Positions 46,400 through 56,017 of a stretch of DNA of 64,000 nucleotides are shown here, piece after piece (position 1 is the stretch's first letter; each line of letters begins with the position of its first letter). The position numbers and the translations under genes are program-made. The notes beneath the pieces were generated by a model. The model was not told the DNA's origin and did no database searches. It saw only the letters and a list, made by a program, of their open reading frames with translations. The stretch is from sequence record OR513085.1; one strand, 5' to 3'.

Positions 46400-49300
46400 A
46401 TGGCAGGTGGTTTTAATACCGATAACTCAGCAGTAAATACTGCGATACTGTCGTCAATTTTTGATCTTTCAAAGGCACAAAAAGTCTTAGCTGCTGCAGT
46501 TTTTGGATTTACGAAAACATTTAACCTCGTAGATACTGACGAATACAAAGGCATAGACAATGACACTAAGGAGACTATGAAGCAACTCAACGAGACTACA
46601 ACATCGTTGAATGCTAAGTTAGCCGAATTAGAAAAGTCTAACAACAAAAAAGATCGGGATGAAAACGACACTATGCGCAACATGGCTACAGTTGCTACAG
46701 TTTTCGGCTCAAACAAAGAACAATCCAAACGTTTCAACGATACAATTAAGGAGTTCGACAAATTCGTCAAAAACACTGCACAAAATAAACAAGCTGCTGC
46801 GGTCTTTGAAGGCTTGGCGTCGTTCACTGAAAAATTCAGTAACGTCGACTTTATGGCTGCAGGTAAAGGCCTTGGCGCAATTGCAGTAGGCTTAACTGCC
46901 ATAGGGCTTTCACTTTATGCATTGTCATACATGGTTACGCCTAGCGGATTCTTGTATGCTGCAGCAATTATGGGCGGTACTATTGCTTTTGCTAAGCAAA
47001 TGAAAAATGTTGATACTAACCAGCTTGATATGGCTGCAGCATCAATGTCAAAAATTGCAACATCATTACTACTAACATCTACAGCATTAGCAGTTATGTC
47101 ATTGCTACCAAAAGGCTCAGTAGCTTCAGCGTTAGTAACGTACGTAGCGTTAGCAACTACAATTGCATTTACTACCATGATTCTAAACAAATCAGGTAAC
47201 CGAATTCGTGGTAGAAATAATGGTGCAGCTGAAGGCCCTGCAATTATTGCAGCGTCTTTAGGAATTTTAGCACTTTCAATATGGGCTTGGAACAAATTGA
47301 TACCTGACCCTTCAGTAGCGTTAGTACCTATTTTAGTCATTACAGGATTTGCGCTAGCAATGGCCGTAGTTAATGCTATACCTGGAAGAGGTGGTTTAGA
47401 AGGTGCGGCTAAAGGTTTACTTTTTGCATCAATGTCAATTGTAGTTTTGGCATTAGCTGTAGTAGTTTGGGAGGAACTTAAACCTGCTCAAATTGCCAAG
47501 CCTATCCTAGCTATTGTAGGCTTAGCTTTAGGTTTAGCTTTAATGGACAGAGTTTCTAAAGGCGGCGATATTAAACGTTCAGCAATTGGTTTGGTTATAG
47601 CTTCGGCAGCAGTAGGTGCTTTAGCTATAGCAATTAAAATGTGGGATATACTTGGCATTGATGAGGACATGATAGCTTTACCGGGCTTAGCAATTCTAGG
47701 ACTAATGGGTAGTTTAATGCTAATGTCAAGATTTGGCGGTACTCAAATGATTGCTGCTGCAGGCGCTATTATAATGACTTCTGTAGCAATAGGACTTATG
47801 GCATTTGCTATAATGATGTGGAAGCCTATTGACACTGACTTAATGACTCAAGTAGGCATATTCATGGTTGGCATTGGCGCAGGTATAGCATTACTTGGAC
47901 AAGTAGGACCTCAGGCGTTAATGGCTGCAGGTGCTTTACTTATAACAGGATTCGCAATGAAACAGATGGGTGAAGGCTTAGCATTAATGGGTAAAGCTTC
48001 TGTAGATCAACTTGTTCAATCAGGATTGTTTATTGCAGGCTTAGGCGCAGTGTTAGCTTTGTTAGGCTTAGCTCCTTGGGCTATTCTAGGCGCAGTTTCG
48101 TTAGGCTTAGGAGGTTTAGCATTAGTTAAAGTTGGCGAAGGTATGCAGGCTATGCAAAAAGCAGGCTTATCAAATCGTCAAGTAGATGGAATGATTTATG
48201 CAGTAGAATCGTTAGCACAGTTATTCAAAGATGTCGGCGGACCTATAGACACTCCTAGAATTTTACTAGGAGCTGCTACAGTAGGTTCAATTGGTATGGC
48301 TACTTTGGCTGTAGCTAACACGCTTAAAGTACTTTCACAAACTAGGCTTACTGAGGAACAAATGAAATCTACAGCCAATGGAATTGGATTTTTCATTCAA
48401 TCCATGGTCGATGTTTTCAAAGATTATCAAGGTGATTTTGACGATGTTGAGGATGGCATTGAAAGCTTGGCTGACCTAGGCTCACTTATCACAGGTATTG
48501 CCGATGGTATGGTTAAAATGGGACAGCTTACATTCACCGAATATGCTGTACGTGATGGTAAAATTGTTCCAGTTTCTACAAGATCATTCAAACCATCAGA
48601 CTTTAAACGAGTAGGTGAAGGGATGGGCGTACTAATTTCTGCACTAACTGAACCTTTAGCTAATGTAGGTAAGACTGCAAACTGGTTCTCTTCAGGTGAC
48701 GTTGGCCGAGGAATCAAGGCTGTTAAAGACCTTGGTAACTTAGTCAAAGGTATTGCTGATGGCGTAGCAGGTATGGCAGAACTACAATTCACTGAATATG
48801 ATGTAGTTGATGGTAAGTTGGTCCCTGTTAAAACTAGAAAGTTTGGTCCTAATGACTTCAAGAAAGTAGGCAACAATATTTCAGCTTTACTTGGTGCTAT
48901 AACATCACCATTGGCTGCAATTGGTAAAGGTTCTTCTTGGCTTATCGACTCTGATGTTGAAAAAGGAATTAAAGCTTTAAAAGACTTAGCAACTAACGTT
49001 ATTAACCCACTATCCAGAATGACTGACTTTATTACAAAGTCTAATATGACGGTAGATCGTTCTAAGGAGTTCTCATTAGCATTCCAGATTTTAGTAGGCG
49101 GAATTGGTTCGGCTTTGGATAGAATTGGTGGCCAGGATTACGAAGATGCTAACAAAAACATAGGCGAATTTGTTGGCCATGTTGAAGCTTTAGTTTCCAA
49201 AGTTGACCCATTGGAACGTATGCATCAAAATTTCAAAGGAATTGCAGGCTCACTTTCTCAAATTAACAACGAGCTATCCGGTGACAAACTTAAAAAAGTA

Positions 49301-49648
49301 TTGGAAGTTCAAGCTGCAGTGAATGACTTAGCTTCTCAAAAGTTACAGGATAATTTCAAGGCAGTACTACTGTTGATTGAACGTGATTTGAATCCGATGT
49401 TAATGCAGATGAACACGCATCTTGGTAACATGGCAATGAATTCAGCTCAAGCTATGGGAGGCTATGGCCAACAACCTAATGCATTTGCGCAAGGAGGCGG
49501 CTATGATTATAACGCTAGCAATCCATTACTTAACCAACTTAACCAACAAACAACTCCTAATGCAGCAACTGCTGACGATATCAATGCACTTGGTACTCGT
49601 ATTATTGATGCATTCCAGGATATTTCGCTACAACTTAAAAAGAAGTAA
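46400..49648 (+). CDS. Tape measure protein
   Basis: 1082 aa; helical Ala/Gly-rich hydrophobic repeats; follows the chaperone in a tail module. Confidence 0.75.
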   Translation: MAGGFNTDNSAVNTAILSSIFDLSKAQKVLAAAVFGFTKTFNLVDTDEYKGIDNDTKETMKQLNETTTSLNAKLAELEKSNNKKDRDENDTMRNMATVATVFGSNKEQSKRFNDTIKEFDKFVKNTAQNKQAAAVFEGLASFTEKFSNVDFMAAGKGLGAIAVGLTAIGLSLYALSYMVTPSGFLYAAAIMGGTIAFAKQMKNVDTNQLDMAAASMSKIATSLLLTSTALAVMSLLPKGSVASALVTYVALATTIAFTTMILNKSGNRIRGRNNGAAEGPAIIAASLGILALSIWAWNKLIPDPSVALVPILVITGFALAMAVVNAIPGRGGLEGAAKGLLFASMSIVVLALAVVVWEELKPAQIAKPILAIVGLALGLALMDRVSKGGDIKRSAIGLVIASAAVGALAIAIKMWDILGIDEDMIALPGLAILGLMGSLMLMSRFGGTQMIAAAGAIIMTSVAIGLMAFAIMMWKPIDTDLMTQVGIFMVGIGAGIALLGQVGPQALMAAGALLITGFAMKQMGEGLALMGKASVDQLVQSGLFIAGLGAVLALLGLAPWAILGAVSLGLGGLALVKVGEGMQAMQKAGLSNRQVDGMIYAVESLAQLFKDVGGPIDTPRILLGAATVGSIGMATLAVANTLKVLSQTRLTEEQMKSTANGIGFFIQSMVDVFKDYQGDFDDVEDGIESLADLGSLITGIADGMVKMGQLTFTEYAVRDGKIVPVSTRSFKPSDFKRVGEGMGVLISALTEPLANVGKTANWFSSGDVGRGIKAVKDLGNLVKGIADGVAGMAELQFTEYDVVDGKLVPVKTRKFGPNDFKKVGNNISALLGAITSPLAAIGKGSSWLIDSDVEKGIKALKDLATNVINPLSRMTDFITKSNMTVDRSKEFSLAFQILVGGIGSALDRIGGQDYEDANKNIGEFVGHVEALVSKVDPLERMHQNFKGIAGSLSQINNELSGDKLKKVLEVQAAVNDLASQKLQDNFKAVLLLIERDLNPMLMQMNTHLGNMAMNSAQAMGGYGQQPNAFAQGGGYDYNASNPLLNQLNQQTTPNAATADDINALGTRIIDAFQDISLQLKKK

Positions 49649-49677
49649 GCAAACACATTTTCAACATATATTCTCGC

Positions 49678-49712
49678 AAGGCCCAGCACTTTTTAAGTGC
49701 TGGGCTTTTTTG
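49678..49712 (+). terminator. Rho-independent terminator
   Basis: aaggcccagcactt..aagtgctgggctt + T run. Confidence 0.85.
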
Positions 49713-49719
49713 TGTTAAA

Positions 49720-49790
49720 ATTTTTAAAAAATAGTTGCCTAAAAATTTTCATATGTCAAATAAAATGATTAAATTTATACTATAATTTAA
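49720..49790 (+). promoter_or_regulatory. Promoter cassette, TAnnTTTA variant
   Basis: aaaatagttgc..ttttcatatgtc-N12-taaattta. Confidence 0.65.
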
Positions 49791-49812
49791 AACAATAAAA
49801 AATAAAAACATT

Positions 49813-50139
49813 ATGGCAAATTTACTAAGACAAATCATTAGCATTGAAACGTTCCTTAACAATAATGACGTTAAAGTTGAACGTATAGTAACTAAAGGTA
49901 ACAATAAGCCTACATGGCGTAACGTTAAGCTTAACGAAACATATGGCGAAGCTAATGCAAAAGTCTATGAAGCTGAATATGCTGACAATGTAGAAATTTT
50001 GAATTTTAAAGGCTATATTAACCAAGCAAACGAATGGTTAGGCAACTTAACCGGTAAAGAAAAACGGGAAATATTTTGGTATTTAAAATTAACCGAAATG
50101 CCTACATTAAACCAACTAGTATTTGAATTTTTAAAATAA
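49813..50139 (+). CDS. Hypothetical protein
   Basis: 108-aa ORF. Confidence 0.55.
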   Translation: MANLLRQIISIETFLNNNDVKVERIVTKGNNKPTWRNVKLNETYGEANAKVYEAEYADNVEILNFKGYINQANEWLGNLTGKEKREIFWYLKLTEMPTLNQLVFEFLK

Positions 50140-50144
50140 ACATC

Positions 50145-50564
50145 ATGAACATTAAAAATCTAAAAGCTGCACAAGAATTAGTTAGCAAACTAATACCAGA
50201 GCAATTTGATATGATCGACTTTAGGGAACGTACTATGGAAAGTTTCACTAAAAATTTCGATACTGCAGAATGCAAAACCGTAGGCTGTATAGTAGGGCAC
50301 TGTACTATACTTGACAAGCAAAATGTAATGCACAATTTTATTACTTCTACAGGAGTTATAAATTTTATTGAATGGTCTAAAGACTTCTTTGGCATAGGCT
50401 TCAACAGCAAAACTTGGCATTACTTATTCAGTGCAGTATGGGCCGAAAACGTAAACACTAACACTCCTGAACATGCAGTGAAAAGAATGCAAAAAGTCAT
50501 TGATGGCTATGTACCAGGCGACATAAACATTGAATTTGCTAATGCAATTAATGAACTACTATAG
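50145..50564 (+). CDS. C-x3-GC-x2-GH family protein, paralog 1
   Basis: CKTVGCIVGH; WHYLF; TPEHAVKRMQKVIDGYVP. Confidence 0.7.
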   Translation: MNIKNLKAAQELVSKLIPEQFDMIDFRERTMESFTKNFDTAECKTVGCIVGHCTILDKQNVMHNFITSTGVINFIEWSKDFFGIGFNSKTWHYLFSAVWAENVNTNTPEHAVKRMQKVIDGYVPGDINIEFANAINELL

Positions 50565-50630
50565 CTAAAAATAAACAACACATATTTTGAATTTCCGCAA
50601 TTATACTTAGAGATATACACAACGAAAGAT

Positions 50631-51098
50631 ATGAAGACACTTAAAACAACAAACATAAACATTGACAACTTAAAACGAGCACATAAATTCATGAACAATG
50701 TAGACCGTAATTTGTTCAGTATGGTACAATACAGGAATGTAGGTTCCAGGACATCGCATAAATGCGGTACAGTCGGTTGCATTATTGGCCATTGCGTTTA
50801 CTTAACGCCTATGGAAGTTATTGACGAATCATACAGATTCCCTAAAAAGTCGCATAATGGCGGTGACATTATGTTCACTAAATGGTCATACGACTTCTTT
50901 GGATTGTCAGAATTCGATGATCTTGGCGAAAACATTTGGGACTATTTGTTTAATCACCAATGGTCATTTGTAGGCGAATTTAACACTATTCGCCATGCAC
51001 AATACAGGTTACAAAGAGTCATTGATGGCTATGTACCTGAAGCATTTGGTAAAGAAATGGAAAAAGAACTTAAAGACTTAGAAGCATATAACTCATGA
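50631..51098 (+). CDS. C-x3-GC-x2-GH family protein, paralog 2
   Basis: CGTVGCIIGH; WDYLF; HAQYRLQRVIDGYVP. Confidence 0.7.
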   Translation: MKTLKTTNINIDNLKRAHKFMNNVDRNLFSMVQYRNVGSRTSHKCGTVGCIIGHCVYLTPMEVIDESYRFPKKSHNGGDIMFTKWSYDFFGLSEFDDLGENIWDYLFNHQWSFVGEFNTIRHAQYRLQRVIDGYVPEAFGKEMEKELKDLEAYNS

Positions 51099-51532
51099 AA
51101 ACAAACATAAACAAAGAAAATTTAAAGCGAGCAGCAGAATATATTGCTACAATAGACCATAAAGTGTTTAGTATGGCAGTTTACCGAAGTGACTCTGTCG
51201 CTACAACCGAATGTAAATCTGTTGGTTGTGTAGTAGGACACTGTACAATTCTGGATGCCGAAAATGTACGTGATAACCATACGTACAACGCAACATTTGC
51301 AGGAAAATCTATAAATTGGACTGCATGGACCAAGGAATTTTTTGGAGTTGAAACTTACACTGTAATGTGGCGATATTTATTTGGCGCATTATGGGCCGAC
51401 TGCAAATGGACTAACACTCCTGAGCATGCAGTTTACAGAATTAATAAAGTGCTTAATGGATTCATTCCTAAAGATGCATCAGTATATGTAGAGATTAAAC
51501 GAATGAAGAAACTAAACAACGGAAAGTCATGA
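51095..51532 (+). CDS. C-x3-GC-x2-GH family protein, paralog 3
   Basis: CKSVGCVVGH; WRYLF; TPEHAVYRINKVLNGFIP. Confidence 0.7.
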   Translation: MKTNINKENLKRAAEYIATIDHKVFSMAVYRSDSVATTECKSVGCVVGHCTILDAENVRDNHTYNATFAGKSINWTAWTKEFFGVETYTVMWRYLFGALWADCKWTNTPEHAVYRINKVLNGFIPKDASVYVEIKRMKKLNNGKS

Positions 51533-51993
51533 TAAAAATTACACAAGCAGAGGCTAGAAAGAACAAGGCTGAACTGGAAAATGCTCTAGTTGTACTAAAA
51601 CAATTGGCTAACCTAGCACCAAACCGAATATACTACGATACTGACATTCGTGACATTATAGCAAACAATTCAGTGTTTACTACAGAACAGTTAGCAGCGG
51701 CCAAAGAATCATCGCTTATTGAAGTGTTAAGCACTAAAATTATAGATACTGTAAATGAGCATAATGTAACTAACCCATTAAGACATGACGATTACATTTT
51801 TGTACAAGCAAATGGCCAAAAAGTAGCCAAGCTTAAGGTAGCAGATGGTAACCTTTGGGAACTATGCGACTCTAAAATGTTTGGCAAAAACTACGTTAGC
51901 AAATTAGTTAAGCTTAACTGGGAATATGAAAGAGTATTGTCAGTACTTAAGCTAATTGTAGGGCGTAACTACATTATAAAACAAGAGCGTTAG
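51529..51993 (+). CDS. Hypothetical protein
   Basis: 154-aa coupled ORF. Confidence 0.55.
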   Translation: MIKITQAEARKNKAELENALVVLKQLANLAPNRIYYDTDIRDIIANNSVFTTEQLAAAKESSLIEVLSTKIIDTVNEHNVTNPLRHDDYIFVQANGQKVAKLKVADGNLWELCDSKMFGKNYVSKLVKLNWEYERVLSVLKLIVGRNYIIKQER

Positions 51994-52017
51994 TAACGTT
52001 CTACAACATTTAGCTAC

Positions 52018-52051
52018 AAAAGCCGGAACGTACAGAACGTTCCGGCTTTTT
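52018..52051 (+). terminator. Rho-independent terminator (ACGT-core family)
   Basis: aaagccggaacgt-acaga-acgttccggcttt + T run. Confidence 0.9.
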
Positions 52052-52091
52052 ATGTTTGTGTGTACATAAACAAATATAAATAACAACAATT

Positions 52092-55000
52092 ATGCAGGCA
52101 TTTAAGGGAATTGATGAAACTTGCGCAGTATTCAAAACTAATCCTAGACTAACTGGGAATGTTAAGCTGGTAGTCAAGTCAAACTCAAACATTGTACTAA
52201 CTCAACTTAATGACGCTAACAAAGAGTCTGCACAACTACCATATTCGTCAACATTAAATTATGCTACTAACATAGCTACGTTTTTACAATCTTACGTTAA
52301 AGGTAACAAATTCCAAGCTGATGGCTTTGACTTAAACTCAGCTAACGTACTACATAGCAAAACGTACGAACAATTTGACCAACAATATCAATATGGAGCC
52401 AAGTATTCGTTACATCATGGTAAGCATAGATTCTTTGCACCTCTTTGGATAACTGACAAAAAGATGCCAAAGTTCTTTGTTATTGTAGCTAGGCCTAAAT
52501 TAGCTACTAACTATGGAAAGCGTGCATCACTTTACGATTCTATGCAATGGCAGGTGGTCAAAACTTATGACTTAGCTAATGGAGTAGTTGGCAAAATTTA
52601 CAACAACATTACATCTTTTGAAATGTTCCGTAACGAGCCAATGACGTTTAACGTTCAGAACGCTACAGTTTATGGCATTAGCATTAGCAAAAAGCTACAA
52701 ACAGTAGCTACAATTTCTACAAAACAACTACAAGAAACTGAGTATACGTTACTTGAGGCTGACAACTACTTAACAAACGTTTTCAGAGATTCTGGCATGG
52801 TCATTCAAAACTTGATTAATTTTGAGTATGAGTTTGAACTACCAAATAACTCAATGTATGAGGTTGCTGGGTATTATGTAGACGACATAAACAACATTAA
52901 CATTGATGATGATTTTGTACAGTCAGTTTATGCTAACAACAACATTAGCGTACTACGTAACTCTATGACGTTAACTAAACGTTACAATGAAGTTAGCAAA
53001 GCTTATGAATTGGAACAATTTGACCAAGGCAAAACTTATCCTACTAGCTATGAAACGTTGATGCGTAAGTTTGTAACGCCTACTGTACGTTTAACGCCGC
53101 GTATACTTAACAGGTTTACCCAATTTGAAGTTAGACGTTCTGTAGCTATTGGTGATTACTTAGCAATTGTAGAGTGCGACAGAGTTACTACAATTTATTG
53201 CGATTTAGTTCGTAATGATTCTGCATTCTTTAAATTTTCCGATGACATTACTAAACAAATGGAAAACTTAAATGATGCGTTACAAAGGGCAGATACTAAG
53301 TACTTATATGTTGCCGAATACAATGCTAAACAACAGCAAATTACATTAGAATGTAGAAATTGGGAGGCTGCCGATGCTATACAACTTTACGTTGATGCGC
53401 CTGATGCGTTTTGGCCTCTCATAAAAGCATCGACATTAGTAGCCAACCATGCACAAAAGTACAGATATGAATTTTCTGCATTCTCTACTTTCAAAAATAC
53501 GTTAGTCATAAGCAACGTTAGCACATCATTAGCTGGTATAGACATTGGCAAAGTAGATTTTGTTACGTTAAGCATAGATGGTGGCGAACCTAAACGTACG
53601 CACATCAAAAACGTACTTTATGACTATGACAACAACCAAGTATTTTTGATTTTTACAGACGATTTTGATTTTGACCAAAAAACACTAGCTACCAAAATTA
53701 TATTGGCTCTTTATGATGTACGTAACATTGAAATTGCACAAATGCAATTCTATGACATTGTTTACTTTGACTACATGATGTCTGCGTATGACGTAAAATC
53801 TAAGCATAACATACAGTTCAACTTAATTCAGTTACAAACACAATATCCTGAAATTGTAGATGCTGTATATGCCCAGTTTCCGGAAGGTTCAGACTTACCG
53901 TTTATAAAAAATGTAACACCTGGAGCTATTGAATATTCTGGCAATCCGTATGACTTGTTTAAAGAGTATGATCAGCAAACTTTAGCATTGTTCAACAAAG
54001 TTAACATAGCAACAAACCGTTGGGTATCTAGCAAAGGTTTAAATTGCTACAACTTACCGATGGTAGCTAACACTTCGCTAGCATACAACCAAGCCAACAT
54101 TTCGCCAGTATTAGATTCAGACAAATTTCACGATATTCACTCCTTACAGTATGAATATTTTGTTATTGGCAAGAAACCTAGCGATCCTGAAATGCTTGAT
54201 TTTGCTACCGATGATTTGACGTTGGCAATGCTTCATGAAAATAATGCTATACGTAAATACTTTGAACATCAAACTACTAAAGTAATTGCAGAAATTAAGT
54301 TTGCAAATTCACTGCCAAACTACACGGAAACTTTCACTAAGCCAAAAGTCAAAGACAAATGCTTTGCTATATTTAAAGGTGTGGAGTATGAGCTACCTTA
54401 CATTTACAGAGGCTACAAATTCACAGTAGTTCATATTGCAAATTCAAACTATTTAACTCCTAAAATTACTGAAGTTATCAACAAACAGGATAAGTCATAC
54501 ATCATAGCTATTGAATTTCCGATTGTAGACTCTATACTAACTGGAGTTGAATGGTCACCGGTTATTTTTGCTGACCCAGACCTTAAGATGCATAGATACA
54601 TTTACTACACAAATATAAATGAAGTAAATACTGCGGCTAACCTTGAAGGTTCAGGAATTACTGCAGATGTTAAAATTGATTCAGTAGTTATTGGTCGTAA
54701 AGCTCAACGTAACTTTTCAGGCGGCATAACCGTCAATGATTTTAAAGTCATAAGCAACGGCACTCCTTATTTCGCAATTGATTTTTCGTCAATTCAAAAC
54801 ACTAAGGACATTTTCAAGGAGTTTACGTCATGCCAATTTACTGATGACTCAGGATATGTAGTGACTTTTAGCAATATCATAAATGTTCAGGATTCCTACA
54901 TTTGGGTAGAAAACATTAATGACACGGAAGGCTTTAACTTGGCTACAGAATATGCTCAATCAGGCGATAACCTTGGAAACAATCAAAAAGTAAATGTAGT

Positions 55001-55922
55001 AATGAACAAAATGGCTGGCATTATTTTGAAGTCTACAAACTTCAACACTACGTCATCACGATACTATCCTATAGCATTTACTAATTTTGTAAGACAGATT
55101 AATGCTAGTAACTACGAAGCTAAAGTAACTAAGCCAAAAAACATAATTGTTATGGACTACTTAGAACCTATAGCATCAGGACTTAGCCACGCAATTCAGG
55201 CTAAAGACATTATGTCAAGCTATGTACTGCAACGTTACGTAATTAACGCTACACCTTCAGCATACTCTGCATTATCGCCAATGACTATAATTCGTGATAG
55301 CACTATTGACAGAGCTAACACCGATTTTGTAGTAGAATCTACTGAACGTTTGACATTGCCTCAGGCAGCACAAAAGCTTCCTAACTTTGGAATTTACAAA
55401 CTTGGTGACGCTGAAACATTAACTACAGATGACATTGGCTCAACAGATATACCTAGACATACGCAAATTGGCGAGACTGTTTATTCGCTAATTTCAGACT
55501 ATGGCTTGGACTATTCGCCGCTAGCAGATGGTTTACGTTTTTACGTTCACCGCAATCAGTCAAGAAAGCTACCAGCTACAGAATGCTTAGTTAACCATGC
55601 TTCTGGAGTTTCTACGTTACTAAACTTTAATGTTGATTTTGTAGAACAAAGGCTGTTTAATGTTGATTTTGTAGAGCTTAATGTTCGTGAAATTGTAGCA
55701 TTCAACTTACAAAAGAAGTTTGGCTACTTTACTACCGAAGCTTACTTAACGTTTGCTGAGTACATGCTATCAAGGTACACTTACAAAGTAGAATTTTATG
55801 ATTTTGAAGATCGTAAAGTTGACCCAGTGCTTTCAGCAGATTACGTACAATCTGATATTTACGTTCAACGCTACAACTTTGCTAACGTTGGCAACTACAT
55901 AGCTAAAATTGCTTTTGGCTAA
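52092..55922 (+). CDS. Large structural protein, probably baseplate
   Basis: 1276 aa, beta-rich; ACATAAA/TATAAATA late-type elements upstream. Confidence 0.4.
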   Translation: MQAFKGIDETCAVFKTNPRLTGNVKLVVKSNSNIVLTQLNDANKESAQLPYSSTLNYATNIATFLQSYVKGNKFQADGFDLNSANVLHSKTYEQFDQQYQYGAKYSLHHGKHRFFAPLWITDKKMPKFFVIVARPKLATNYGKRASLYDSMQWQVVKTYDLANGVVGKIYNNITSFEMFRNEPMTFNVQNATVYGISISKKLQTVATISTKQLQETEYTLLEADNYLTNVFRDSGMVIQNLINFEYEFELPNNSMYEVAGYYVDDINNINIDDDFVQSVYANNNISVLRNSMTLTKRYNEVSKAYELEQFDQGKTYPTSYETLMRKFVTPTVRLTPRILNRFTQFEVRRSVAIGDYLAIVECDRVTTIYCDLVRNDSAFFKFSDDITKQMENLNDALQRADTKYLYVAEYNAKQQQITLECRNWEAADAIQLYVDAPDAFWPLIKASTLVANHAQKYRYEFSAFSTFKNTLVISNVSTSLAGIDIGKVDFVTLSIDGGEPKRTHIKNVLYDYDNNQVFLIFTDDFDFDQKTLATKIILALYDVRNIEIAQMQFYDIVYFDYMMSAYDVKSKHNIQFNLIQLQTQYPEIVDAVYAQFPEGSDLPFIKNVTPGAIEYSGNPYDLFKEYDQQTLALFNKVNIATNRWVSSKGLNCYNLPMVANTSLAYNQANISPVLDSDKFHDIHSLQYEYFVIGKKPSDPEMLDFATDDLTLAMLHENNAIRKYFEHQTTKVIAEIKFANSLPNYTETFTKPKVKDKCFAIFKGVEYELPYIYRGYKFTVVHIANSNYLTPKITEVINKQDKSYIIAIEFPIVDSILTGVEWSPVIFADPDLKMHRYIYYTNINEVNTAANLEGSGITADVKIDSVVIGRKAQRNFSGGITVNDFKVISNGTPYFAIDFSSIQNTKDIFKEFTSCQFTDDSGYVVTFSNIINVQDSYIWVENINDTEGFNLATEYAQSGDNLGNNQKVNVVMNKMAGIILKSTNFNTTSSRYYPIAFTNFVRQINASNYEAKVTKPKNIIVMDYLEPIASGLSHAIQAKDIMSSYVLQRYVINATPSAYSALSPMTIIRDSTIDRANTDFVVESTERLTLPQAAQKLPNFGIYKLGDAETLTTDDIGSTDIPRHTQIGETVYSLISDYGLDYSPLADGLRFYVHRNQSRKLPATECLVNHASGVSTLLNFNVDFVEQRLFNVDFVELNVREIVAFNLQKKFGYFTTEAYLTFAEYMLSRYTYKVEFYDFEDRKVDPVLSADYVQSDIYVQRYNFANVGNYIAKIAFG

Positions 55923-55945
55923 AGGTACTTTTAGCAAACAACTAC

Positions 55946-55976
55946 AAAAGGCTGAGCAAATGCTCAGCCTTTTATT
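55946..55976 (+). terminator. Rho-independent terminator
   Basis: aaaggctgagca-aa-tgctcagccttt + T. Confidence 0.85.
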
Positions 55977-56017
55977 TTGCATTAATAAATAACATAATCT
56001 AAAATAAATTCAATAAT

